Assembly: GCA_951406725.2 (NCBI GenBank)
Contig: OX597818.1
Location: 103,974,001 to 104,038,000 of the forward strand
Origin: Octopus vulgaris
Lineage: Eukaryota
Length of the DNA: 64,000 nucleotides
Reading direction: 5' to 3'
Below are positions 1-11,670 of the stretch, one piece after another. Positions within the stretch are counted from its first letter, which is position 1. Each line of letters begins with the position of its first letter. The notes beneath the pieces are model-generated. The model searched no databases. It had not been told where the DNA came from and saw only the letters and a list, made by a program, of their open reading frames with translations. The translations under genes were made by a program, and so were the position numbers.

Positions 1-82
1 TACGCGTACGTATGTACACACACACACACTCATATATAGATATACATGTACATATATATGCATATATCTATGCATATATATA

Positions 83-142
<60 letters not shown>

Positions 143-284
143 AAATATATATACATATATATAGATATATATAAATATAAACACATACATACACAGACAC
201 ACACACACTCACAAACATATAACAATACGGAATTTTGCAATATTATTTTATTCACTCTTTTAGTTTTAGTTTTACACGTTTACA

Positions 285-877
285 CATTTATCGCTTTCAA
301 ATTATTCTCTATTTGAAATAATGCATCGGTATACACGCGTTTTCCACTGTTCACAGCTGACCAAAATTGCTTACGAAGTGATGTCATTGCAAGGCCTCTG
401 TCGTTTTTTTCTTCACCTCTTCCACATTTGCAAAACGTTTTCGTTTAAGAACATTTTTTTCTTTCGGGGCAACAAAAAAAAATGTTGACTGGAGTAAGAT
501 CGTAAGCAAGTGGGGCACAAATTTTACAATAACTCCTTTCATTCGCAATTCCTCGCAACAGATTCGTTAGGATGAGATCCAGGACACAAAAGTCATATCA
601 ACAAGTTTGTCAATTTTTCGGTGACGGTCCTCCAAGACCAGTTCATGAATTTTCATGATGTTTTCATTTGTTCGGGAGATCGACCGTCGACCTGAATGAA
701 GTTGGTCATCAAGTGACAAGTGATCGTTCGTTAAGTGTGAAACCACTCGGAGACTTATGTTTTGCTCATAACAGCGTCCTTGTAAGCTGTTTGAAGCATG
801 AAAACTACTTTGACCGCCGTTTTCCTCAGCCAAAAACGGTGTTTCACGAAAGCATGCTGTTTCTTCATTTCAGCCAT
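285..877 (-). mobile_element. Mariner-type transposase remnant, internally deleted
   Basis: Hand translation of the minus strand across frameshifts. The N-terminal part reads MAEMK..EQHAFVK..MLQTAYKDAVMSKT*VSEWF, LSLDDQLHSGRRSISRTNENIMKIHELVLEDRHRKIDKLVDMT..EELRMKGVIVKFVPHLLT. It then jumps to the C-terminal NVLKRKRFANVEEVKKK..EQWKTRVYRCIISNRE*FESD. The DD34D catalytic core is absent and no TIRs were found. Confidence 0.85.
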
Positions 878-1095
878 CGCTAAAATCGATGAACAGGGGA
901 GAAGCACCGCCAATGACGCACTTAGTGGAAATACGACATAATTAGACTTCTCTGGTCGGCAGATTGATACCTGGGGCTCGCCTCAAGTGACTTCTAGCTG
1001 GGGAAAGCCTCACAAGGGCTAACAATTGCTCTCTAATATCAATGTAAAACGATTATATTTACTTGTATTTTATGTAACTATTTATCATTGAAAGT

Positions 1096-1345
1096 GGAGG
1101 CGCGTTACTTAGTGGTTAGGGTGTCAGAATCATGATCGTAAGATTGTGGTTTCGATTCCTGGACCAGGCGACGCGTTGTGTTCTTGAGCAAAACACTTCA
1201 TTTCACGTTGCTCCAGTCCACTCAGCAGGCAAAAATGAGTAACGCTGCGATGGACTGGCGTCCCGTCCAGCTGGAGAACACATACGCCATTGAAACTGGA
1301 AAACCGGTCCCATGAGCCTGGATAGGTTTTAAAAGGGCGTATTTA
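1096..1345 (+). mobile_element. tRNA-derived SINE with CORE-like body (family S4, tail X)
   Basis: A-box-like TTACTTAGTGG and B-box-like TTTCGATTCC. CORE-like GTTGTGTTCTTGAGCAAAACACTT is shared with 14986 and 26318. The tail GAGTAACGCTGCGATGGACTGGCGTCCCGTCCAG is shared with 52986. Confidence 0.8.
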
Positions 1346-1695
1346 TTTATTTTTTTATATTTATTATTGAAAATAAGAGAAATGAACGTCAACCTGACAA
1401 AAGTCAGCAGCTTTTCATATTTGTGTTATGTTTTATTCCATGACCAAGCGTTTCAAATGTTACATCTTGCCTTTATTTTAAAGAAGGGTGTATTTAATGC
1501 TATATTGTTATGTAAATCGTTGAAGAAAAGCATCATGCTTTTTGTTTGTGTTTTTTGTACGTGAATGCGACTGATATTCCAAGGAGAGTTCTCAACGACG
1601 TACGTGAAGATTTTAGCGTAGACAATGTTTCATGTTGAAATATGTAGCCTGAATATCTCTATAAATGCATTACAATATGTTGCAGTTATACACGA

Positions 1696-1862
1696 TAGGA
1701 ATGGCTGTGTGGTAAGTTGCTTGCTTACGAACCACATTGTTCCGGGTTCAGTCCCACTGTGTGGCACCTTGGGCAAGTGTCTTCTACTATAGCCTCGGGC
1801 CGACCAAAGTCTTGTGAGTGGACTTGGTAGACGGAAACTGAAAGAATCCCGTCGCATATATG

Positions 1863-1918
<56 letters not shown>

Positions 1919-2109
1919 TGTGTGTATGTTTGACAACCGATGCTGGTGTGTTTACGTCCCCACATCTTAGCGGTTCAGCAAAAGAGACAGATTGAATAAG
2001 TATTAGGCTTACAGAGAATAGGCCCTGGGATCGAATTGCTCGACTAAAGTGGAGCTCCAGCATGGCCACAGTCAAATGACTGAAACAAGTAAAAGAGAGT
2101 AAAAGAGAG
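1696..2109 (+). mobile_element. tRNA-derived SINE with internal (TA)n(TG)n microsatellite (family S1)
   Basis: Head TGGCTGTGTGGTAAG..GGGTTCAGTCCC, CORE-like CACCTTGGGCAAGTGTCTT and 3' end GACTGAAACAAGTAAAAGAG. Homologous copies at 3291, 19541, 31097, 48727 and 50404. Confidence 0.85.
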
Positions 2110-2635
2110 AGATATAATATATATGCGTAAGTCTAGCATTATTGTCTTGCGATATGCGCTGCAAAAACCAAGCCACTCATACCTTTCGCTTGTAACTCCT
2201 CTTGGTGCGTACTTACTAACTTTATAGCTACACACTAGTTATGTACAGAGTTCCTGATACATTAAACTCAATCGTGACTTCTATAATAGGAAGGATTTCA
2301 TTTATTTGATATATTAGAAACCTATCAGCATATCTATGCAAAAGATCAAGCATTAATATCAGGTCTTTTACAAACTTATTTATTTCGTAAAATATTTGAA
2401 CTAATGATGAAAGTTAAGATGAAAGAATTTCGAACAGAGTAAAGTGTTTGCTTTTATTCTCTACTTATCGGTATTATGCTTTTGAACTCGGCTTTTGTCA
2501 ATAGAAAAGAGTCAAAAGAAATATATTCAGCAGAGTATATCATAATAATTATAATTGGAAGTCTACGAATTTTATTATTAATAAACAACTTTGAACAAAG
2601 CTGTATTGTTGTTTACATTTTAAGTAATGCATCAT

Positions 2636-2863
2636 TTAGATTGAACCTGTTATGGACGGCAGAAAGCCTAGATATTTTATCATTGACTTTAACTTTATAT
2701 ACATCATAATTTCTATCGAAAAACGATACGTATTGTGTATGAGGAAATAGGTTTTGTGGAAGTCATATATGTTAGGAAATTCGTGAATATTTAAGTTCAC
2801 TAAAAGAACGGTTGTTCTTCCAGTCAACTTGCAGGTAATAGCAACTAAATCATCTGCAATCAC
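2636..2863 (-). pseudogene. Heavily decayed non-LTR reverse transcriptase fragment
   Basis: The ORF carries IADDLVA and, about 60 aa later, IKYLG. These match RT motif 5 (F/YADD) and motif 7 (KYLG) at plausible spacing. Confidence 0.4.
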
Positions 2864-3015
2864 ATCCTACAAACTTAAAGTCGAAGAACATTATGCTCAT
2901 AAGTCAATCAAAAATACACTGTTGCAAATTCTATGCAATAATAACGTCAACAGATCTTATTAGCATTTATTTGTTAATAATATATATCAGGAATCTTCAT
3001 TGGTGTGTTTTTTTT

Positions 3016-3450
3016 TATTTACAATTGGCTGATATTTGTCCTCGTCTTGCTTGTTGTTAACACAACGTTTCGGCAGATATACACTTCAGCATTCATTAGG
3101 TGTTTTGGGGAAATTTCGAACCGGGATTCTCATTCGTAAAGTATTTTTCGATGTTCTTCTTCTTCTTATTATTATTATGGTCACTTCCTGGAATCGAGCT
3201 TAAAATCTTGGGGTTAGTAGCTCGTGCACTTAACCACTACGCCATATGCCTGTGGGTAATTATAGAGTGAGTTTTAGAGATTATAAATCTAGGAGTGGCT
3301 GTGTGGTAAGTAGCTTGCTAACCAACCACATGGTTCCGGGTTCAATCCCACTGCGTGGCATCTTGGGCAAGTGTCTTCTGCTATAGCCCCGGGCCGACCA
3401 ATGCCTTGTGAGTGGATTTGGTAGACGGAAACTGAAAGAAGCCTGTCGTA

Positions 3451-3482
<32 letters not shown>

Positions 3483-3837
3483 CGTATGTGTGTGTGTTTG
3501 TGTGTCTGTGTTTGTTCCCCTAGCATTGCTTGACAACTGATGCTGGTGTGTTTACGTCCCCGTCACTTAGCGGTTCGGCAAAAAGAGGCCGATAGAATAA
3601 GTACTGGGCTTACAAAAAGAATAAGTCCCGGGGTCGAGTTGCTCGACTAAAGGCGGTGCTCCAGCATGGCCGCAGCCAAATGACTGAAACAAGTAAAAGA
3701 GTAAAAGAGTAATGCTTCCTTAATACCGGTTCCTGTATGCTACTCATATCTACACTGGGATTGCTTAGGAGGTTGTTGTGTCCTAGTATTTGTGCTGCTT
3801 CTTTTAGTTTTCGTATTTTCCAGAGGTGTTCTCTGTC
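3016..3837 (-). mobile_element. Penelope-like element 3' end: GIY-YIG C-terminus, tRNA-like segment and hammerhead-bearing pLTR (split by the S1 SINE at 3291-3710)
   Basis: Minus-strand 3837-3712 translates DREHLWKIRKLKEAAQILGHNNLLSNPSVDMSSIQEPVLRK, typical of the end of PLE GIY-YIG domains. Beyond the SINE come the tRNA-like head (about 3250-3179) and a hammerhead-like motif (3104-3059), homologous to the arms at 5199 and 13563. Confidence 0.75.
3291..3710 (+). mobile_element. SINE family S1, inserted into the PLE 3' region
   Basis: Full copy from AGGAGTGGCTGTGTGGTAAG to (GTAAAAGA)n, homologous to 1696. Confidence 0.85.
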
Positions 3838-4165
3838 TTCAAATTCCGCCGAGATCGACTTTGCCTTTCATCATTTCACGGTCGATGTAATCGACTTAAT
3901 CCCTTTCTCTCTCCTTGTTCGCCCACTCTATGTTTAGCCCCTTATGGGCAATAAAGAAATAAACGTTAACACGCTGTGCGAAATGCTTAGCGGTATTTCG
4001 TCTGTGTTTACGTTCTGAGTTCATATTCAAATTCCTCCGAGGGTGACTATGCCTTTCATCCTTTCGGAGTCAATAAATTAAGTACAAGTTGCGTACCCGG
4101 ATCGACCTAATCGACCTGGCCCCTCCCTAAAAATCTCGGGCCTTGTACCTAGAGTAGAAAAGAAT
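3838..4165 (+). mobile_element. Dimeric SINE family S2, 5'-truncated
   Basis: TTCAAATTCCGCCGAG.TCGACTTTGCCTTTCATC occurs twice. The 3' end GGGCCTTGTACCTAGAGTAGAAAAGAA matches 29711-30110. Confidence 0.8.
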
Positions 4166-5286
4166 ATTTTGACATTTTAATAATTGCAATGCGTCATCTA
4201 TTTTGAGAAGGAAAATGGTGTTGCTCTACGATGAAAGCAACTGCATTCCAGTCTGTAGAATGTGATATAGATTACAATAATCCAGTATAAATTCATACCT
4301 AAAATTTGTCGGGCTCATTCTCGGCTGAAAGCCAGTCACCTTCCAGGCTGCCATAACGACTCCATTCCTTCGCTCGCTAATAAATCCATCGTTTGATAGT
4401 CCATGATCAACTTTCAAACAAAAAGGTTTAAGCCATGGCTACCAGTTCCAAGATTATTTCGATAATATGATTTTGCAATACCTGAGACATTGCAGAAATT
4501 ACGGAAATTACTCTAGAAATTGTTCAGTATAATTCCCCTAGAAAGGCACTTTTGAAGAGAAAATGATTAATCAACTTTCCAGAGAGAAGTGACGCCATCG
4601 ACTAATTCGTAGCTGTTGAAGATATTCATAGATATACTACAGGGTTTAGAAAAAGAAAAATACTCCAGAATAGTGTTTAAACTATTAGCATATATTTGTT
4701 TCTTCCTAATCAAATATTACTGTTCTCTGTGCCGTTCGAGTGATTAGTTATAATCAATGATCCAGAAGGCATTCTGAAGAGATCAGATCATAGAGCTTTT
4801 ATTATGCAAGCAATCGAAAATAGACGAGAATGATAAAAGCCGTACCGTAGATATTTTTCACAGAACTTAGCGTATATGTCATAGACAAATTACTAAGCAA
4901 GTGTACAAGAATGCACATTCATTCACTATCAGATCAATCTCAAATACGGGTGGAAAAATTACGCCAGGCTTTTCAATATCAATTTTTAATAGAGAAAATT
5001 ATCAACGCCTTCAAAACTTATAAGGAATGTATATTCAATCGACATTGGAAAACAACTGGAAATCAATGAGCAATAAGATTTGTTTTCTTGTAGTATATAC
5101 GCAAGATATGTTTCGGTTTTATACTGGCCCCATCAAATATGTGTAACTAATTCTCACTATTGTTCACTATTGTAAATACGCAAATACTAATTTATGTACA
5201 GTTCTATATTTAAGAGATGAGGAATTATGTACATTATTTACATTATTTACAATTGCCGGAAATTTGTCCTCAACTTGTTTGTTGTT

Positions 5287-5332
5287 AACACAACCTTTGG
5301 ACTGATATATCCTCCCGCCTTCATCAGGTGTC
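5287..5332 (-). ncRNA. Minimal type I hammerhead ribozyme motif (GAAA half mutated)
   Basis: Minus strand: GACAC CTGATGA A GGCGG GAGGATATAT CAGTC CAAA GG TT GTGTT. Confidence 0.6.
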
Positions 5333-5418
5333 TTGGGGAGATTTCGAACATGGGTTCGCATTTCTAAGGTACTTTTCGATGTTGTTGTTGTTATTATTAT
5401 TATTATCATCATTATTCA

Positions 5419-5490
5419 GGTCACTGCCTGGAATCGAATTTGGAATCTTGAGTTAGTAGCCCGCGCTCTTAACCCCTACGCCAAATGACC
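5419..5490 (-). ncRNA. tRNA-like Pol III head inside the PLE-derived unit (not a functional tRNA gene)
   Basis: 72 nt long. 7-bp acceptor-like stem GGTCATT/AGTGACC, A box TGGCGTAG(G/T)GG, B-box-like TTCGATTCC and loop CT-ACT-AA. Homologues at about 3179-3250 and 13761-13833. Confidence 0.7.
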
Positions 5491-5510
5491 GTGGTTTACC
5501 CAGGCAGTTA

Positions 5511-5586
<76 letters not shown>

Positions 5587-5794
5587 AAGAAGAAGAAGAA
5601 GAAGAAGAAGAAGAAGAAGAAGAAGAAGGAGAAGAAGAAGGAAGAAGGAAGAAGAAGAAGAAGAAGAAGAAGAAGAAGAAGAAGAAGAAGAAGAAGAAGA
5701 AGAAGAAGAAGAAGAAGAAGAAGAAGAAGAAGAAGAAGAAGATCAACAACAACATCAAAAATACCTTAGGAACCGATGTTCGAAATTTCCCCAA

Positions 5795-5840
5795 CACACC
5801 TGATGAAGGCTGGAAGGTATATCAGCCGAAGCCTTGTGTT
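5795..5840 (+). ncRNA. Minimal type I hammerhead ribozyme motif (GAAAC mutated to GAAGC)
   Basis: CACAC CTGATGA A GGCTG GAAGGTATAT CAGCC GAAG CC TT GTGTT, with a perfect 5-bp stem II GGCTG/CAGCC. Confidence 0.65.
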
Positions 5841-8199
5841 AACAACAAACAAGATGAGGACAAACATCAGTCAAATGTAAATACAGTAAATAATATACTA
5901 ATTTATGTAGTTTGATATGTCTATCGAACGAAATAAGCGATTATAAAGATGTGGGTTCGACTGCCTGGTAGCGTATATTTCAAAGCTTATTGAGAGCGTA
6001 CTTTACTAGCACTTTGATACTGTTGGTCCGTAGAGTGTCGCAACGGAGGAGAAGAAAATTCGAAACAATTCATCTCTCTTGATGTACTGTACAAAGACAA
6101 GATTATCATTGCTGCTCCAATGACGCTATACACATAATGAAGTGGCCAAAACTAACGGTATGTTTTCATATGTTATATTGATTTATCGAATTTACACCGC
6201 CACTAGAAAACTTGTGGTTATAGGTAGTGAAATGAAACGAATATTTATTTCATGGTGCCGTGAATTTCTGATGCGCTTTGAATTCAAGAAAGAAAGTATT
6301 TCACCTCAATTACGCACTAAAGTTTAACTTGAAACTCATGGAAGCAATCACTCAATATATTCTCGGGTCTTTGTTCCTTGTCTGAAAATAACGGTATTCA
6401 TTTATCTCATACCAATGTACCAAATTAATTTCTATTTCCTTACTAAGTAAATGTATGCATCACTGGGCGAATAACACGATTCGTTTACATTTGGACTATA
6501 CCATGCTATATTTATAGTAAAGTTTCAGCTAAGCAATAAAAGTGAAAGACAGTATAACATTTACTTTAAATATAGGACTGAGTTAACTTTTCTTTGCTTC
6601 CCATTAAATATTGCAGCATGTGGAACATGGGTATTTCAGAAAACTGAGCGATGAACACTCTCAGCATTGATAACAAATTGCAAACAAACTAATTTTCAGC
6701 CAAAAATTTCATCTCTTGGCAAGACCCATTTTTCTTTATTTTGTGGATTATATTTCGTTACCCGAATATGTATTCGGGATTGAAACACATGAATTTCACG
6801 TCATGTAGTATAACTGCTATCATAACTTCAATTAGGCTACATGAACCAGTTTTACACGTGGGGATATTGGATATAAACCTTAGTTTAGTAACAGAAAAGT
6901 AACGTATATTGCTACTTTTAAACTTTCCCCGGTTTCATTAGAAACTTATGTGTCTAAGTTTCTAAGAAAAATCATCCCAAGTAATCTTGATTAGCCACGG
7001 GCATACCAAGAAGAGGAATATTTCAGGGTGTCACGCTCTCCCCGGGCTTCGATATTCACCTTGTAATTTGTTGACCTTATTTATACCGATTGTTAAGCAT
7101 TTCCATGGAAAGTCAGTTATAAGTGAATGGGACTCATGATTTTAAGAGATGCAGTAGATATTTGTGCGGAGAGAAACAACGTCTTAGTTGGTCAGACGTA
7201 ATGTTCTGTTTCCATTAAGGATTTTTATTTAATCAAATATCCACGTTTGAACACCCAGCCCTGCTGTGTAGTATTACATTCCAGCTGAACAGCCTACGAA
7301 GGGATAGGCTCAGCTAAGTTGGCTTCGCATGGCATGCTACATTGAAACGAAGGCCTTGGTGGCGCTCCAATGATCCATTACGAGTTGTAGGGAGCTAGCC
7401 CATATTCCTTGTAATCTGAAACGGGTAGTTCAAGAGGAATATTTGTTTCTCTTTTTTTTCAAATTTTTTATGGAAATTTCATATTAATAAAATGAAAGTT
7501 TTTTCTTCCTCTTCTTCTTCATGAAAGGCACTGGGGACTGAAGAGAAAGTATTTAATTGAAATTTTATCTGAATGGGAAATCAATTAAAATTCGGATTTG
7601 CATTTTAAGGGTTCCTTCTCAATGAATGTCGATTGAAGTCAGAATTTTAATTTCACAGTTTGAAATATTATTTTTTTCCAATCGAATATTTAATCAAAAT
7701 AATGTTATACAAAACAAACTGAAGGTTATAAGCTGCCAAGCCAAAGTTGATTTAAACGATATGGATAGTAAATACGAGAAAAGAAATAAAATATAAGACG
7801 GGAGAAAATATATAAAAGACCTATCATCCAGCCAAAATCGAAAATATGACATCTGAAAGGTAAAATATATAAACATACATCATCCGAAAATTTGAAATGA
7901 AGATAAGTACATATTATCTAACACATTGTCAACGTTGGCCCAACACGCACGTAACTATTCTAATTTGGCATGAATCACTGTCAAGATAATGGCAATAAAA
8001 TTTAAGTAGATGAGTATGCAAATAAATCAGTGAATAAATAAATAAACAATTACATAAAGAAATAAACAAACAAACAAATAAATAGAGATAATTCTCTGTG
8101 TAAAAGAATTAGCTGAAGTACTCGGCAAATTTGGAGAATCCCAGCGAATAGAATACAGGCGTGAGACGAAAGTATGACATATTTCTAACAAGTAAGTAA

Positions 8200-8270
<71 letters not shown>

Positions 8271-8280
8271 CATAATAATC

Positions 8281-8349
<69 letters not shown>

Positions 8350-8370
8350 GTAATAATAATAATAATAATA

Positions 8371-8656
8371 ATTCACCTCTGGGAACATAGGTGTTTCGTT
8401 CAACATCCTTAAACAACCCTTATTCAGAGACTTTTTGAGCAGGATGGGCTACTCGACCAGAAGAAAATTCTAATTGGTGCCCCATCTGAAGGCCATGTGC
8501 TGTTTATCTTGAAATGAGATCACCACGTCGTGCACATATGGCTGTGATGCATGTGCCTAGTGTACCCTTATCAGACGGGTAGTCATGATGGGTATACAGG
8601 GCTTCGTATATTTCCCTCCCGTGTCACTTTGATGGTATGCACTGCTCTCTCACTCA
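8371..8656 (+). mobile_element. 5'-truncated retroposon 3' end in an (AAT)n tract
   Basis: Closely matches 13071-13355, has the same 3' terminus CTGCTCTCTCACTC(AAT)n and is flanked by AAT repeats on both sides. Confidence 0.75.
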
Positions 8657-8736
8657 ATAATAATAATAATAATAATTATATTAATGATAATAATAATAAT
8701 AATAATAATTTTATTATTATTATTATTATTATTATT

Positions 8737-8822
<86 letters not shown>

Positions 8823-8823
<1 letters not shown>

Positions 8824-9100
8824 TCCTATGCACAGCTTCTAACGCTAGAGATGTACTACGGTGTCAGCTGTTCACTACCAGGGAACTAAGGTAGCACCTC
8901 TAATTTTTGGAGTACCTTCCGCAGTATTCGAACGGTTCCAAGCAGTCCTGTTCTCTGCAAGTGATCTACCCTTACTGTCGCTCCTATTTGTCCCATGTAC
9001 TTATCAAGAGTGTTACTTATTCTTCCTAGTGCTCCGTCAATTATTGGTACTACTACCACATTTTTCATCGACCACAGCTTCTTAACCTCCCAAGCTAACC
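8823..9100 (-). mobile_element. R4/Dong-like RLE retrotransposon 3' end
   Basis: LAWEVKKLWSMKNVVVVPIIDGALG..LQRTGLLGTVRILRKVL is the conserved C-terminus of R4-clade proteins. It is followed by a short UTR and (AAT)n on the minus strand. Confidence 0.8.
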
Positions 9101-10785
9101 TGAAGAACAGTGAAACCATATTTCCCCAAACCTAGCGGCCATAACAAGTCTATCTACTACGTGTAAAGTTTTTAAATCCATCCTCGCGGAGAAAACATAA
9201 AAATATATGGAACAAAATGATATTTTCCAAACTGAACAAAAAGGGTGCCGACAAGTCTCATATGGATTCAAAGACCAACTCTTAATCAATCGCAGGATCC
9301 TTGAGAATTGTCATAACAGATGCAGAAATTTTATTTCTGCATGGATCGATTATTAAAATGCCTTCGACAGCATACCGCATTCATCGATCTTGAAATCGCT
9401 GGATATCTTCAAAATTTCTCCTGTGATTTCAAACTTCCTGAAGCACAACATGTCAATGTGGAACACGAATCTCCAATTATATCAATCTAATGGAGTACTG
9501 ACCACAAAAAATATTAATACCAACTGCGAAATTTCCCAAGGTGACTCACTTTCAGCTTTAATTTTCTGCATAGCTCTATTACACCTTACAGATGAACTAA
9601 ACAGAACAGGGTACGGGTATAAAATTGGCGACAAGAAAATAAGTCATCTATGTTATGTGGATGACTTAAAACTTTATGTCAAAGACGATAAAGAGCTTGA
9701 AGAACTACTACGTACTGTGAAATCATTCAGTGATTTCATTCAGATGGAATTTGATCTTGATAAATGCGCCAAGGTCACTTTCCAGAAAGGGAAACTGAAG
9801 ACCTCACATTCAATGGTGTTTGATGTTGACACCGTTATAAAAAAAACAGCGGAAACAAACTTACAAACACCTTCCAATATATGTGCGCTCTGGCATTCAA
9901 CATGCAAACATGACAGAGATCAGGAAGGAATGTTATACTAGAGATCTCGCAGTACTAAAATCCAAGTTAAATGCACTTAACAAGGTGTTAGCTATAAATT
10001 CCTTAGCAGTTCCTTTTGTTATTTACAGTTTCTATTTGGTGAACTGAAATAAGAGCGAAATAAGGAAGATTGACAGGAAAATCCGTAAGCCGCAGACTTG
10101 CAATAAGATTCACCACCCAAAGCAGACGCAGATCGTCTTTACCTACCCAGAGCTCAAGGAGGACGAGGCTTGGATTCAATTTGAAAAATCCTTCGAAACC
10201 ACTACACCTGGAATGGCAAAATATCTTAAACCTTCTAACGACTAGATGCTAAAGATCGTTCAAAAACATGTAAGTCGTAAGAAGCTTCATTCTGTTATAA
10301 AGGAGAGTAAAATATTTTCAAAAGACTTTATCCATAATACCCAGATTGAACAGCATAAGGGAAGTGCAACAACTGTATTTGCAAAGAAGGTGACATCAGT
10401 CGCAAAGCAAAATGCACTTGGACAATTGGCTGCATGGCAAATATGTAACCCGTATCAAACAAGCTGATGTAGACCAGAAGTACACCCATCAGTGGTTACG
10501 GAGCTCAGATCTAAAGGAAAAGTGTGGTGGCTTTATCTTGGCTGCTCAAGATTAGAGATTATTGACCCGCAGTTATCAAGCCAATGTGATGAAAAGTCAT
10601 GTAGACCCAAAGGGCCGATACTGAAACGATGACATAGAAACATTTAACCACCTAATCTCGGGATGTAAGGTTTTAGTACCTACAGAATACATATTAAGAC
10701 GTGATAGATTTGCCCAATATCTACATTGGATTATGTGTCGGTATTATAAAATCAAAACTGCTGATAAATGGTACAATCACCTCCT
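9100..10785 (+). mobile_element. Decayed R4/Dong-like RT and CCHC fragment
   Basis: Broken frames contain RPIT, EQKGC..GFKDQLLIN, WIDY*NAFDSIPH, SQGDSLS, HLCYVDDLKLY, DKCAK, GFILAAQD, HLISGC and RRDR(RHD)..YLHW. The fragment is collinear with 23456-25270. Confidence 0.85.
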
Positions 10786-10786
10786 G

Positions 10787-11176
10787 GTACAAGCACGAGG
10801 CCCGAACTTTTGGGGGAGGGGCTAGTCGATTGCATCGACCCTAGTTCGCAACTGGAACTTAATTTATTGACCCCGAAAGGATGAAAGGCAAAGTCGACCT
10901 CGGCGGAATTTAAACTAACAACGTAGGGGCATACGAAACACCTGTTTCTTTACTAACCACAAGGGGCTAAACACAGAGAGGACAAGCAAGGGCAGTTAAA
11001 ACCGATTAAGTCGATTATATCGACCCCAGTGCGTAAATGGTACTTAATATATCGACCCCGAAAGGATGAAAGCCAAAGTCGACCTCGGCGGAATTTGAAC
11101 TCAGAACGTAGCGGCAGACGAAATCCAACTAAGCATTTCGCCCGGCGCGCTAACGTTTCTGCCAGCGCGCTGCCTT
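10787..11176 (-). mobile_element. Dimeric SINE family S2
   Basis: Reverse complement of the 29711-30110 copy, with two CGAAAGGATGAAAG(G/C)CAAAGTCGACCTCGGCGGAATTT units. Confidence 0.85.
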
Positions 11177-11439
11177 TAACTTGGTATATATTTTACACTG
11201 TCATATCTCGTGAGTAATAAATATTGAACTCAACTCAATTCTAAAAGAAATGCTACACTGTTCCTATCGTACATATTCTGGAAAAGAAACATTAATGTGA
11301 GAGCAGAGACCACAAAAAATCTACTGCAAGGAAACGCCATGTGGTCCCTGCGAAAGTGCGATTGTCAATGTCGCACACACGCTAAGAATGCAGAAGGCCA
11401 GTAGTTGCTCTGTTAGAAATTGGCCTGAAACATCTAAAT

Positions 11440-11670
11440 GCGATGACGAGGAGGTGGATGAGGTCGGTGATGATGACCACGACGACGACAATGATGATGA
11501 TAGTGATGATGGTGATGGTGGTGGTGGTGGTGGTGGTGGTAGTGGCGGTGGTTTTATTGATGACAATAGGAAGAAAAGGAAGAACAACAAAGAAACAATA
11601 ACAACAACATCAACAACAACGACAACAAAAACAACAACAGCAACAATAACAAGAACGAGTAGAAGAAGAA
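11440..11670. repeat. Compound trinucleotide tract (GAT/GGT/ACA/AGA)
   Basis: Directly visible. It explains the low-complexity ORFs 11321-11739. Confidence 0.85.

Larger units (their letters stand above)
5199..5894. mobile_element. Fold-back non-autonomous PLE-derived unit (tRNA-like head, (AAT)n and hammerhead) with 15-bp TSD
   Basis: The left arm 5199-5490 (minus) and right arm 5500-5894 (plus) are inverted copies. The direct repeat ATACTAATTTATGTA lies at 5184-5198 and 5895-5909. Confidence 0.85.

Noticed and set aside
5419-5490. tRNA-Ser(ACT) gene
   Set aside because: The T-arm and anticodon arm are imperfect, and the sequence recurs inside a repeat family. It is treated as a tRNA-derived head.
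4400-6330. Very old LINE remnant around the fold-back unit (SDH-like and CCHC-like traces)
   Set aside because: The motifs are too short and degenerate to call without a profile search.
11321-11425. Minus-strand exon encoding a signal-peptide-like stretch (LLAFCILSVCATLTIALSQG)
   Set aside because: There is no start codon or donor site, the frame ends in a stop, and no homology is recognised.
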